Of a stretch of DNA of 61,841 bases, positions 28,266 to 36,744 are shown piece by piece. Positions within the stretch are counted from its first letter, which is position 1, and the number at the start of each line of letters is the position of its first letter. The DNA lies in the NCBI GenBank assembly GCA_036012725.1, contig DASCPW010000054.1, positions 1 through 61,841 on the forward strand, given 5' to 3'. The translations under genes were made by a program, and so were the position numbers. The notes under the pieces are model-generated. The model was not told the origin of the DNA. It saw only the letters and a list, made by a program, of their open reading frames with translations, and did no database searches. Origin of the DNA: Rhodospirillales bacterium (GTDB lineage: Bacteria > Pseudomonadota > Alphaproteobacteria > Rhodospirillales > 2-02-FULL-58-16).

Positions 28266-28354
28266 GGCCGTCACCTGTAGACTTCAGTTGCATCTCCGAA
28301 CGGCTTTCGCGGAGACTATCACTATATCCCCCCGTTAGGCTACACTTCCCCGTT

Positions 28355-29098
28355 ATGTGGACCGACGTCATAGACTTGCGTGACTTCTATGCTTCCAACC
28401 TGGGATCGGTAGCGCAACGGATGATCGCCCGGCGCGTCCGTGATTTCTGGCCTAACGTCAAAGGGCAAAATATACTTGGCCTGGGCTATGCGACGCCATT
28501 TCTCAATTCTTTTCGCGGCGAGGCGGAGCGGGTCCTGGCGGCCATGCCGGCCCAGCAAGGCGTGTTGCACTGGCCGCCGGACAGCAACGGCCTTACAACA
28601 TTGACCGACGAAGTCGAACTGCCCTTTCCGGACATGTCGGTGGACCGGGTACTTCTCGTCCATGCCCTGGGATGCGCCGAGCAGGTGCGCCCGATGATGC
28701 GTGAAATTTGGCGGCTGCTTTCCGGCGGCGGGCGGCTGCTGGTGGTGGCGCCAAACCGGCGCGGCATCTGGGCCCGTTTCGAGCACACCCCTTTCGGTCA
28801 TGACCGTCCCTACACGCCGGCCCAGTTATCGCGGGTCCTGCGCGACAACCTGTTTACGCCTTTCCAGTCGACGGCCGCCCTGTTCGTCCCGCCGACGCGC
28901 TCGCGGATGGTCCTGTCCTCGGCCACCGCCTGGGAGGAAATCGGCCAGCGCTGGTTCACCACCGTTGCCGGGGTGATCATGGTCGAGGCCACCAAACAGA
29001 TTTATGCCGGTCAAGACCAGCCTCAACCCGCCACTCGCCGGCGGCGCTCCTATGTTCCGCTGGCGGAGAAGAATTCCGGCGCCCCAACGCGGGGGTGA
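28355..29098 (+). CDS. class I SAM-dependent methyltransferase
   Basis: It is 247 aa and reads ILGLGYATPFL...VDRVLLVHAL...GRLLVVAPN. It is the gene conserved divergently from gloB in alphaproteobacteria. Confidence 0.75.
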   Translation: MWTDVIDLRDFYASNLGSVAQRMIARRVRDFWPNVKGQNILGLGYATPFLNSFRGEAERVLAAMPAQQGVLHWPPDSNGLTTLTDEVELPFPDMSVDRVLLVHALGCAEQVRPMMREIWRLLSGGGRLLVVAPNRRGIWARFEHTPFGHDRPYTPAQLSRVLRDNLFTPFQSTAALFVPPTRSRMVLSSATAWEEIGQRWFTTVAGVIMVEATKQIYAGQDQPQPATRRRRSYVPLAEKNSGAPTRG

Positions 29099-29131
29099 CG
29101 GGCGGCAATAACCCGCCTCTATCCGCTCCCA

Positions 29132-29764
29132 TCAGGCAGGATTTGCGGTAAGTAAAAACACCGCCTGTTCGCCAAAGAGATTGGCGGTGAAAGCCGACGA
29201 GCCAATGCGGCGCATCGTTCCGTTATGGTCGAGCGCGATGCTGCGTTCGATGGATATCCCCTGCTCCTCGCAAAGAACGATGAAGTCCTTGATGGTGCAT
29301 AAATGAATATTGGGGGTATCGAACCAATCATAGGACAAGGCATCGCCGAGGGGCATCTGGCCGCGGAAGCCCAGGTACAGGCGCAACCGCCAGTGAGCGA
29401 AATTGGGAAATGAAACGATGGCCTTGCGGCCAATGCGCATGAGATTCAGCAACACCTCCTTGGGCGCGTGCATGGCCTGCAAGGTCTGGCTCAAAACCAC
29501 ATAGTCGAAGGCTTGGTCGGGGTAATCCTTGAGGTCGATCTCGGCATCGCCCTGGATCACCGACAGCCCGGCGCTGACACAGACATTGACGCCCTCGGTG
29601 CCAAGCTCGATGCCGCGCCCGTCCACCTGCTTGAAGTGAACCAGGTAATCGAGAAGCGTGCCGTTACCGCAACCGACGTCAAGTACGCGCGAACCGGACT
29701 CGATCATGTCGGCGATGAGTTGCAGATCGACACGAATGGACTTGCGTCCGTCGCTGCCCATCAT
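29132..29764 (-). CDS. metW: methionine biosynthesis protein MetW
   Basis: It contains RVDLQLIADMIESGSRVLDVGCGNGTLL and VSFPNFAHWRLR. It starts 10 nt after the metX stop. Confidence 0.9.
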   Translation of the reverse strand: MMGSDGRKSIRVDLQLIADMIESGSRVLDVGCGNGTLLDYLVHFKQVDGRGIELGTEGVNVCVSAGLSVIQGDAEIDLKDYPDQAFDYVVLSQTLQAMHAPKEVLLNLMRIGRKAIVSFPNFAHWRLRLYLGFRGQMPLGDALSYDWFDTPNIHLCTIKDFIVLCEEQGISIERSIALDHNGTMRRIGSSAFTANLFGEQAVFLLTANPA

Positions 29765-29774
29765 GGCTTCGTTT

Positions 29775-30974
29775 TCATCCCAGCGGCGCGCGGGGCAAAC
29801 CGCGATGCTCGGCGGCGCCGACGATAAATCCATTGAGCAGCCTGTGGAATTCCGGCACGTCGAGAAGAAAAGAGTCATGGCCGGCGTCTGTTTCGATTTC
29901 GGCGAAACTGACGTTGGCGGCGGCGGCGTTCAGGGCCTTTACTATCAAACGGTTTTCCTCTGTCGAAAACAGCCAATCGCTGGTGAACGAAAAGATGCAA
30001 AAGCGGGTTTTGGTGTCCTGGAAGGCGTTGGCGAGAACCCCCCCATGTTCTTCCTCGAGATCAAAATAGTCCATCGCCCGCGTGATATAGAGAAAGGAGT
30101 TGGCATCGAAGCGATCGACAAAGGAGATGCCTTGGTGGCGCAGATAGCTTTCAACCTGGAAATCGGCCTCGAACCCATAAGTAACCTCTTCGCGGTCTTG
30201 TAGGCGGCGGCCGAACTTACGATGCAACGATTGCTCGGAGAGATAGGTGATATGAGCCGCCATGCGGGCCACGGCGAGGCCGCGGCGCGGTTGTTTCCCC
30301 TGGTTCAGATAATCGCCCCCGCACCAGTCGGGATCAGCCATGACCGCTTGCCGACCGACTTCATGGAAGGCGATATTCTGTGACGAACAGCGAGCCGCGC
30401 AGGCGATGGGCACGGCGGCGAAGACACGCTCGGGATAGCTGACCACCCACTGCAGAACCTGCATGCCGCCCAAGGACCCGCCGACGACCAAAAACAACTG
30501 CTCGATGCCCAGGTGATCGAGCAGCATAGCCTGGGCACGCACCATGTCGCCAACGGTGAAGACCGGAAAATCCAGACCCCATGGCTTGCCCGTCTCCGGG
30601 TTGCCTTCCGTTGGCCCGGCGGTGCCCATGCAGCCGCCCAGGATATTGGCGCAGATGACAAAAAAACGGTCCGTATCCAGCGGTTTGCCGGGCCCGACCA
30701 TGATATCCCACCAACCCGGCTTGCCGGTGATCGGATGCGACTCGGCGACGAACTGGTCACCGGTGAGTGCGTGACAGATAAGAACGGCGTTCGACCCCTC
30801 GTCGTTGAGGCGGCCATAAGTCTGATAGGCCATGGGGAAGGCTGATAAAAGGGCGCCGCTGTCAAGGCGAAGCGGCTGGTCGGCACCAAGGATCACTTGG
30901 TGGCCGGGAAAGGCGCCGGTTTCACCTCTTTCGGTGTAGCGGTCGGTGGCGTTGCGGTTTTCCGACAAGGTCAT
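29775..30974 (-). CDS. metX: homoserine O-acetyltransferase
   Basis: It is 399 aa and contains [12 protein letters not shown] and [14 protein letters not shown] (nucleophile elbow GxSxG). It is followed by metW. Confidence 0.92.
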   Translation of the reverse strand: MTLSENRNATDRYTERGETGAFPGHQVILGADQPLRLDSGALLSAFPMAYQTYGRLNDEGSNAVLICHALTGDQFVAESHPITGKPGWWDIMVGPGKPLDTDRFFVICANILGGCMGTAGPTEGNPETGKPWGLDFPVFTVGDMVRAQAMLLDHLGIEQLFLVVGGSLGGMQVLQWVVSYPERVFAAVPIACAARCSSQNIAFHEVGRQAVMADPDWCGGDYLNQGKQPRRGLAVARMAAHITYLSEQSLHRKFGRRLQDREEVTYGFEADFQVESYLRHQGISFVDRFDANSFLYITRAMDYFDLEEEHGGVLANAFQDTKTRFCIFSFTSDWLFSTEENRLIVKALNAAAANVSFAEIETDAGHDSFLLDVPEFHRLLNGFIVGAAEHRGLPRAPLG

Positions 30975-31019
30975 AGCTCGTTCAGCCCGTCCGTTCCTTT
31001 CTGGAAAGGGATTTCATAG

Positions 31020-31217
31020 CTAGTACACAGTTTCAAAATTCCATGATAGGTAGGATCGCTTTTCCCGTTTCCTCGGTAGGAGGGACGGCGTTGCGAGACT
31101 TCCGGCTAGGAGCGCGTCGCGCCGTGGTGCCCAACCCGCCACAAGCGGCGCGCGACAACGTCCGGGATCCTCGCAACGCCGTTCTACCTATCATGGAATT
31201 TTGAAACTGTGTACTAG
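31020..31217. mobile_element. MITE-like palindromic element (perfect 34-bp terminal inverted repeats)
   Basis: CTAGTACACAGTTTCAAAATTCCATGATAGGTAG (31020-31053) is the exact reverse complement of 31184-31217. A further inner inverted repeat pairs ACGGCGTTGCGAG (31085-97) with CTCGCAACGCCGT (31170-82). There is no coding capacity, and the ends are compatible with a TA target duplication. Confidence 0.6.
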
Positions 31218-31416
31218 GAACCACATAGGAAGGTGTCAATGTTTTCTTTTGATTTTGCAAAGACATGCCATTACCACTAGGCGACTTTAATGGCGCTGGT
31301 CGTGACCCTTTGCCCATGCTCCGGCAAACGCCACCAGAAAACTACATGCTGATGACATCCTGGGGCATGCCGAAACTGGTCGGGAGTCCGGCTCTTTTTC
31401 ACGGTCCGCTATCTTT

Positions 31417-31452
31417 ATGAATGCTGGTGAATGTTTATGAATATTAATGAAG
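31417..31452 (+). promoter_or_regulatory. four TGAAT/TGAAG repeats with exact 10-bp phasing upstream of the chorismate mutase gene
   Basis: TGAAT occurs at 31418, 31428 and 31438, and TGAAG at 31448. The same stretch encodes two mini-ORFs chained by ATGA overlaps to the main ATG at 31466. Confidence 0.4.
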
Positions 31453-31465
31453 GCCGGTACTCGAA

Positions 31466-32344
31466 ATGAGCGCCTCTAAAGTATTGGATGCGTTGCGCCG
31501 TGAAATCGATGTGATCGACAATTCCATCCATGACCTGCTTATGCGCCGAATGGAGGTGGTGGTGAAGGTCCGCAACGCCAAGCACGACTATAAGGTGATG
31601 ATCACGCCTCATCGCGAGGCCGAGATTCTCTACCGCTTGATCTCCCGTCACCAGGGGCCGTTCCCAAAGCGCGAGTTGATCCGCATGTGGCGCGAGTTGA
31701 TCGTCGCCACCCTTTCTTTCGAAGACGCCTTTTCGGTTGCCGTCTGTTTGGACGATGACGACGGGGGATATTGGGACCTGGCACGGGATCAATATGGCTC
31801 TTTCACGCCCATGTTGGCGCAGGCCTCCGTACGCCGGGTCATCGAGGCCGTCCACGACCAGAAGGCGACGGTGGGTATCCTGCCGCTGCCCCGGCGCGAT
31901 GACGACGATCCCTGGTGGCGCCATTTGGTGACAGAGAGCAATGGTGCGCCGAAGATCATTGCCCGGCTGCCTTTCGCCGGGCCGGGCAACAGCCGTAGCA
32001 CCGATTTGGGCGCCCTGGTCATCTGCCCCGTCACCCAGGAGATGACGAGCCGGGATCACTCGTTCCTGGCCATCGAGATGGATGACGAAATCGGCCTTGA
32101 CCGCTTTGGAGAAGCGCTGACCCATGCCGCTCTCCCCGCCACCTTCACCGCCGCCTGGCATGAGGGACAGGTCGGCGACCCATGGCTGTACTTGGCCGAG
32201 GTCAGCCTGTTCTCGGCAAAGGGCGACCACCGGATGGCAAGGTTTCTCGACAGACTCGGCAAGCCGGTTAAACGGTTGGTTTGGCTTGGCGGATTCGCCG
32301 TTCCCTTGAGCGCCGACGAACTGGCCACGACGGCGGAGCAATAG
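31466..32344 (+). CDS. chorismate mutase family protein (N-terminal CM type 2 domain with a C-terminal PDT-like/regulatory extension)
   Basis: It contains LRREIDVIDNSIHDLLMRRMEVVVKV and is 292 aa. It precedes hisC and tyrC, as in many alphaproteobacteria. Confidence 0.8.
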   Translation: MSASKVLDALRREIDVIDNSIHDLLMRRMEVVVKVRNAKHDYKVMITPHREAEILYRLISRHQGPFPKRELIRMWRELIVATLSFEDAFSVAVCLDDDDGGYWDLARDQYGSFTPMLAQASVRRVIEAVHDQKATVGILPLPRRDDDDPWWRHLVTESNGAPKIIARLPFAGPGNSRSTDLGALVICPVTQEMTSRDHSFLAIEMDDEIGLDRFGEALTHAALPATFTAAWHEGQVGDPWLYLAEVSLFSAKGDHRMARFLDRLGKPVKRLVWLGGFAVPLSADELATTAEQ

Positions 32345-32346
32345 GC

Positions 32347-33435
32347 ATGTCGGGCCCCGTTCCGCGCCCCGGCATCATGGACATCGTTCCTTACGCGGGC
32401 GGTGAATCCACGGTTCCCGGCCTGCCGCGCCCCATCAAGCTGGCCTCTAACGAATGCGCCCTCGGGCCGAGTCCACGAGCCGTGCAAGCATACAACGAGG
32501 CCGGCGGCGGCCTGCACCGCTATCCCGATGGTAGCAGCGAGGCCCTGCGCCAAGTCTTGGCTGCCCACCATGGCCTGGACCCGGCGCGCATTGTTTGCGG
32601 CGCCGGATCGGACGAACTGATCTGCAACCTCTGCCGCGCCTATGCCGGACCGAACGACGAGGTTCTCTACAGCAGACACGGCTTTCTCATGTTCGCCATC
32701 TATGTCAAGTCGGTGGGGGCGGCGCCGGTCGCCGCGCCCGAGAAGGCTTTGAAAGCGGACGTCGAGGCGCTGATTGATCGGGTGACGCCGAAAACCCGCA
32801 TCCTGTTCCTGGCCAATCCCAACAACCCGACGGGAAGCTATCTTCCCACCGCCGCGCTGAAGCGATTGCGCGCCGGCCTGCCGGAAAGCGTCCTTCTGGT
32901 CATCGACGCGGCCTACGCCGAATACGTCGGCGGGGATGACTACTCGCCAGGCATCGACCTGGTCGACGGCAGCGACAACGTCGTCATGACGCGGACGTTT
33001 TCCAAGATTTACGGCCTTGCCGGCCTGCGCTTGGGATGGGCCTATTGCCCCTTGGCCATCGCTGAGGTGCTCAACCGCGTGCGCGGCCCGTTCAATCTGT
33101 CGGCGCCAGCGCAAGCGGCCGGCGCCGCCGCCTTGAACGACAGGGCCCACATCGCCCGAGTCCGTTCCCACAACGATACCTGGTTGCCGTGGACAGCCGG
33201 CAAGGTTAAGGACCTGGACTTGGCGGCGCCGCCATCGGCCGGTAATTTTCAACTGGTGCAGTTCCCGGCGCAAAAGGGCCGCGACGCCGAGGCCGCCGAC
33301 GCCTTCCTCAAGGAGCGCGGAATCATCACCCGGCGCATGGCCGCCTACGGCCTCCCCGAGGCCTTGCGCGTCACCATCGGGGACGAGGAGGAAATGCTGG
33401 CCTTCGTCGAAGCCTTGAGCGAGTTCATGAGCTGA
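32347..33435 (+). CDS. hisC: histidinol-phosphate aminotransferase
   Basis: The ORF reads MSGPVPRPGIMDIVPYAGG...IKLASNECALGPSP...RYPDGS... and contains NPNNPTG and TFSKIYGLAGLRLGW (PLP lysine). Confidence 0.9.
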   Translation: MSGPVPRPGIMDIVPYAGGESTVPGLPRPIKLASNECALGPSPRAVQAYNEAGGGLHRYPDGSSEALRQVLAAHHGLDPARIVCGAGSDELICNLCRAYAGPNDEVLYSRHGFLMFAIYVKSVGAAPVAAPEKALKADVEALIDRVTPKTRILFLANPNNPTGSYLPTAALKRLRAGLPESVLLVIDAAYAEYVGGDDYSPGIDLVDGSDNVVMTRTFSKIYGLAGLRLGWAYCPLAIAEVLNRVRGPFNLSAPAQAAGAAALNDRAHIARVRSHNDTWLPWTAGKVKDLDLAAPPSAGNFQLVQFPAQKGRDAEAADAFLKERGIITRRMAAYGLPEALRVTIGDEEEMLAFVEALSEFMS

Positions 33436-33438
33436 GCC

Positions 33439-34335
33439 ATGAAAGACAAGAATTCCTCCGTGCTTTTCCAGCGCATCGCTTTCATCGGTTTTGGCCTGAT
33501 CGGCTCGTCCCTTGCCCGCGTCGTCCGCCGCCGGGGATTGGCCGGCCATATCGCCGTTTGCACGCGCCGCCGGGAAACCCTGGACAAGGCGCGGGCCTTG
33601 CAATTGGCTGATAGCGTCAGCCTTGATGCCGAAGAGGTGGCCAGGGGCGCCGACCTGGTGATGATTTGCACGCCTTTGAGCTCTTATTCGGAAATCGCCG
33701 CCGCCATCGTCCCGGCGCTGGAAACGGATTGCATCGTCAGCGACGTCGGATCGGTCAAGACATCAGTGCTTCGCCAATTGGGCCCCTTATTGCCCGCTGG
33801 GGTCCATTTGGTTCCGGGCCATCCGGTCGCCGGCACCGAGCATTCCGGGATCGATGCCGGATCGGCCGAACTTTTCGCCGGCCGCTGGTGCATCCTGACG
33901 CCGCCGCCAGGAACGCCGGTAGCGGTAACAGAGCGGGTGGCGGAACTGTGGCGGCGTGCCGCCATGAACGTCGAGATCATGGACCCCGAACACCACGACC
34001 AGGTGTTGGCGATGACCTCACATCTGCCCCATTTGATCGCTTACTCCATCGTCGACACGGCCACCGACCTGGAAGGCCAGCTGAAAAAGGAAGTGGTCAA
34101 ATACTCGGCTGGCGGGTTTCGCGATTTCACCCGCATCGCCGCCTCAAACCCGGTCATGTGGCGTGACATTTTTCTCGCTAACAGAGAGGCCGTGCTGGAA
34201 GTTCTGAGCCGTTTCAATGAAGATCTGACGGCCCTCCAGCGGGCCATTCGCCGGGGTCAGGGCGATAAGCTCGAAGTCGCATTCTCCCGCACACGCGAGA
34301 TCAGGCGCGGCGTCATCGACGCCAAGCAGGATTAG
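33439..34335 (+). CDS. tyrC: prephenate/arogenate dehydrogenase
   Basis: It contains IAFIGFGLIGSS (Rossmann fold), SDVGSVK, PGHPVAGTEHSG and HDQVLAMTSHLPHL. Confidence 0.85.
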   Translation: MKDKNSSVLFQRIAFIGFGLIGSSLARVVRRRGLAGHIAVCTRRRETLDKARALQLADSVSLDAEEVARGADLVMICTPLSSYSEIAAAIVPALETDCIVSDVGSVKTSVLRQLGPLLPAGVHLVPGHPVAGTEHSGIDAGSAELFAGRWCILTPPPGTPVAVTERVAELWRRAAMNVEIMDPEHHDQVLAMTSHLPHLIAYSIVDTATDLEGQLKKEVVKYSAGGFRDFTRIAASNPVMWRDIFLANREAVLEVLSRFNEDLTALQRAIRRGQGDKLEVAFSRTREIRRGVIDAKQD

Positions 34336-34415
34336 CCTATTTCCATGTTGATAAGAATTGGCGCCAGCCCGCTCTAGCGCCCAGGAAACAAGAGACCCAT
34401 GGGCTTTCCCATCCG

Positions 34416-35390
34416 ATGATGTATGTCTACCTCGCCGCCGGTTTCATGTTGCTGCTTGGCGGTGCCGAGGTGTTGGTGCGCGGCGCCGTCGCCTTGGCCC
34501 AACGGCTGGATATCTCGCCCCTGATTATCGGCATGACGGTGGTGGCGCTGGGTACTTCGGCGCCGGAGCTGATGGTCAGCCTGGACGCCGCCCTTTCGGG
34601 TTCGCCGGGAATCGCCCTTGGCAATGTTGTCGGTAGCAATATCGCCAACCTGTTTTTGATCCTAGGCACCGTTGGGATCGTCATGCCGATCGCCGCCAAG
34701 TCCGATGGCTTGTGGCGCGACGGCTTGATTCTGTTGGCTGGTAGCCTCCTCTTCGTGGCGCTCTGTTGGTCGGGGATGATCGGTTTTTGGCCGGGAATAT
34801 TGCTCCTTGCCGTCTTTGTCGCCTTCCTTGGCCATTCTTATTGGCGTGAAACCAAGAACGACGGCGGCGCCGAAATGCGCGCCCAAAAGGTGCTGGAAAT
34901 CCATGGCGTTCCCTCCTCCGTCACGGTGGCGTGGTTGTTTTTGACGGCCGGACTGGCCAGTGTCATTTTTGGAGCTCACCTTTTAGTCATGGGCGGGGTG
35001 GCGATAGCCAAGGCGGCGGGAGTTTCCGAGGAAGTGATCGGGTTGACGATGATTGCTTTTGGCACCTCTTTGCCGGAATTGGCGACTTCCGTGGTCGCCG
35101 CTTGGCGCGGCCATGCCGAAATCGCGCTCGGCAACGTCGTCGGCAGCAACTTGTTCAACATGCTGTTGATCGTCGGCGTGGTGGCGGTGGTGACGCCGTT
35201 ACAGGTACCCGCCAAGATCATGGTCTTCGATCTTTGGGTGATGCTGGCGGCGACGGCCGTATTTCTTCCTTTTCTGGCTTGCGGCTGGCGCTTCGACCGC
35301 TTCGTGGCAGTCGTTTTTCTTGCCGCTTACGTGGCCTATATCGCGGTCCAGGCCTACGACGTCCAGGTGATACTGCCAGCGGCGGGCTGA
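34416..35390 (+). CDS. calcium/sodium antiporter (CaCA family, YrbG-like)
   Basis: It has two alpha-repeats, GTSAPELMVSL...GNVVGSNIANL and GTSLPELATSV...GNVVGSNLFNM. Confidence 0.88.
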   Translation: MMYVYLAAGFMLLLGGAEVLVRGAVALAQRLDISPLIIGMTVVALGTSAPELMVSLDAALSGSPGIALGNVVGSNIANLFLILGTVGIVMPIAAKSDGLWRDGLILLAGSLLFVALCWSGMIGFWPGILLLAVFVAFLGHSYWRETKNDGGAEMRAQKVLEIHGVPSSVTVAWLFLTAGLASVIFGAHLLVMGGVAIAKAAGVSEEVIGLTMIAFGTSLPELATSVVAAWRGHAEIALGNVVGSNLFNMLLIVGVVAVVTPLQVPAKIMVFDLWVMLAATAVFLPFLACGWRFDRFVAVVFLAAYVAYIAVQAYDVQVILPAAG

Positions 35391-35456
35391 CCTCCCCGGC
35401 ACGGGGCCGCGGAATCGGCGGTTGAAACGGGGGACGGTGTCGCCCATTCTTGGGCC

Positions 35457-36227
35457 ATGTCGGCGCAAGCACATCGAACCGCCCTGGTCACTGGCGGCGC
35501 GCTACGGATCGGCCGCGCCATCGTTACCGATCTGGCGGCGCACGGTTGGGCCATCGCCATTCACTACAACAGCTCCGACAGTACCGCCAAGGCGCTGGCC
35601 GGAGATATCCGCAGTGAGGGCGGACAGGCGGTGGCGGTGCGGGCCGACCTGGCGCGTGAAGAGGAGACGGCGGGACTGCTGCCAAGGGCGGTCCAGAAAA
35701 TCGGACCGATCACGTGCCTCGTCAACAATGCCTCGGTTTTCGAGAAGGACACGGTCGAAACCGCCAGTCACCAATCCTGGCACGCCCATATGCAGGTCAA
35801 CCTGAGGGCCCCGTTCGTTCTCACCCAGGCTTTCGCGGCCGGGCTGCCGCAAGACATCGAGGGCAACGTCATCAATATCATCGATCAGCGTGTGTGGAAC
35901 CCGACTCCCAATTTCACCACCTATACCCTTAGTAAGTCCGCGCTCTGGACCTTGACCCGGACCCTGGCCATGGCGCTGGCCCCGGCCATCCGGGTCAACG
36001 CCGTCGGGCCGGGGCCGACACTGCCCAGTTCGCGCCAGACGGAAGCCGAGTTCACCCGCCAATGGTCATTCCTGCCGCTTCGGCGCCGGGTCATGCCCAA
36101 CGAGATCGGCGAAGCGGTGCGTTTCATCCTTGACGCACCGGCGATGACCGGACAGATGATCGCTCTTGACTGCGGCCAACACCTAGGCTGGCGATCATAT
36201 GGCGGCGGCGATTTACCGAATGAATGA
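35457..36227 (+). CDS. SDR family oxidoreductase (pteridine reductase-like)
   Basis: It contains ALVTGGALRIGRAI, NNAS and YTLSKSAL (the YxxxK catalytic motif). Confidence 0.85.
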   Translation: MSAQAHRTALVTGGALRIGRAIVTDLAAHGWAIAIHYNSSDSTAKALAGDIRSEGGQAVAVRADLAREEETAGLLPRAVQKIGPITCLVNNASVFEKDTVETASHQSWHAHMQVNLRAPFVLTQAFAAGLPQDIEGNVINIIDQRVWNPTPNFTTYTLSKSALWTLTRTLAMALAPAIRVNAVGPGPTLPSSRQTEAEFTRQWSFLPLRRRVMPNEIGEAVRFILDAPAMTGQMIALDCGQHLGWRSYGGGDLPNE

Positions 36228-36613
36228 CCAGCCTCCGTCAACGGGCGCGCCATCCGTTTATCCGGGAAACGGCGCCGCCGCCAGCCCCCCCTCTGTCGAG
36301 ATTGAATGGCTCATTGCGCAAAGATAGGCACGAACACGGAAATGATTGGCCCTCGCTTTGAAAATACCCCACAACCCTTTGCAAAGAATGGCTTTGTTGA
36401 TCTGAAAAACAAAAGTTGTGCACAAGGGAAAGGATCACATTATTTTCCCGCAACAGCAGGATTGATGAAATTCATTGAATCTCAAATCCCTGATTAGTTT
36501 AAAAATTTTTATTAAAAATCAATGCATTACATGTTTGCCTATTTTTTATGCAAAACTAAGAAACCCCTATCTTGTCTAGGGTCTTGATTGTCAGAGAGGA
36601 ATTTTCAACAGAC

Positions 36614-36695
36614 TTATCCACAGGAATCGTGGATAGATCACGCCGACGTGATCATATTCCTGTATCCGAACATAAAAGCATAGGTGGATGGATAA
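36614..36695. promoter_or_regulatory. DnaA-box-like motifs and palindromes in the uvrC upstream AT-rich region
   Basis: A perfect TTATCCACA at 36614-36622 faces cGTGGATAg at 36628-36636, giving an inverted pair TATCCAC-N7-GTGGATA. The palindrome GATCACG-CCGA-CGTGATC lies at 36637-36654. gATGGATAA lies at 36687-36695. Confidence 0.35.
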
Positions 36696-36744
36696 ATACT
36701 TACCCAGATGAGTGTTTGATCAGCATGAAGGCAGCCTTGTCAGC

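Noticed and set aside
31033-31317. The 94-aa ORF on the minus strand upstream of metX.
   Set aside because: It lies almost entirely within the palindromic MITE-like element and has a low-complexity basic translation. It is an artefact of the inverted repeat.
30975-31330. A SAM-II (or other SAM) riboswitch in the metX leader.
   Set aside because: It is expected from alphaproteobacterial precedent. However, I could not find the conserved GCAAC...AAAGCU-type pseudoknot elements on the minus strand. There is only a 7-bp hairpin, GCCATTA/TAATGGC, at about 31266-31293. A covariance-model scan is needed before any call.
36306-36497. The 63-aa ORF in the AT-rich gap before uvrC.
   Set aside because: It has no RBS and no family resemblance. 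Its composition simply mirrors the AT-rich promoter island.
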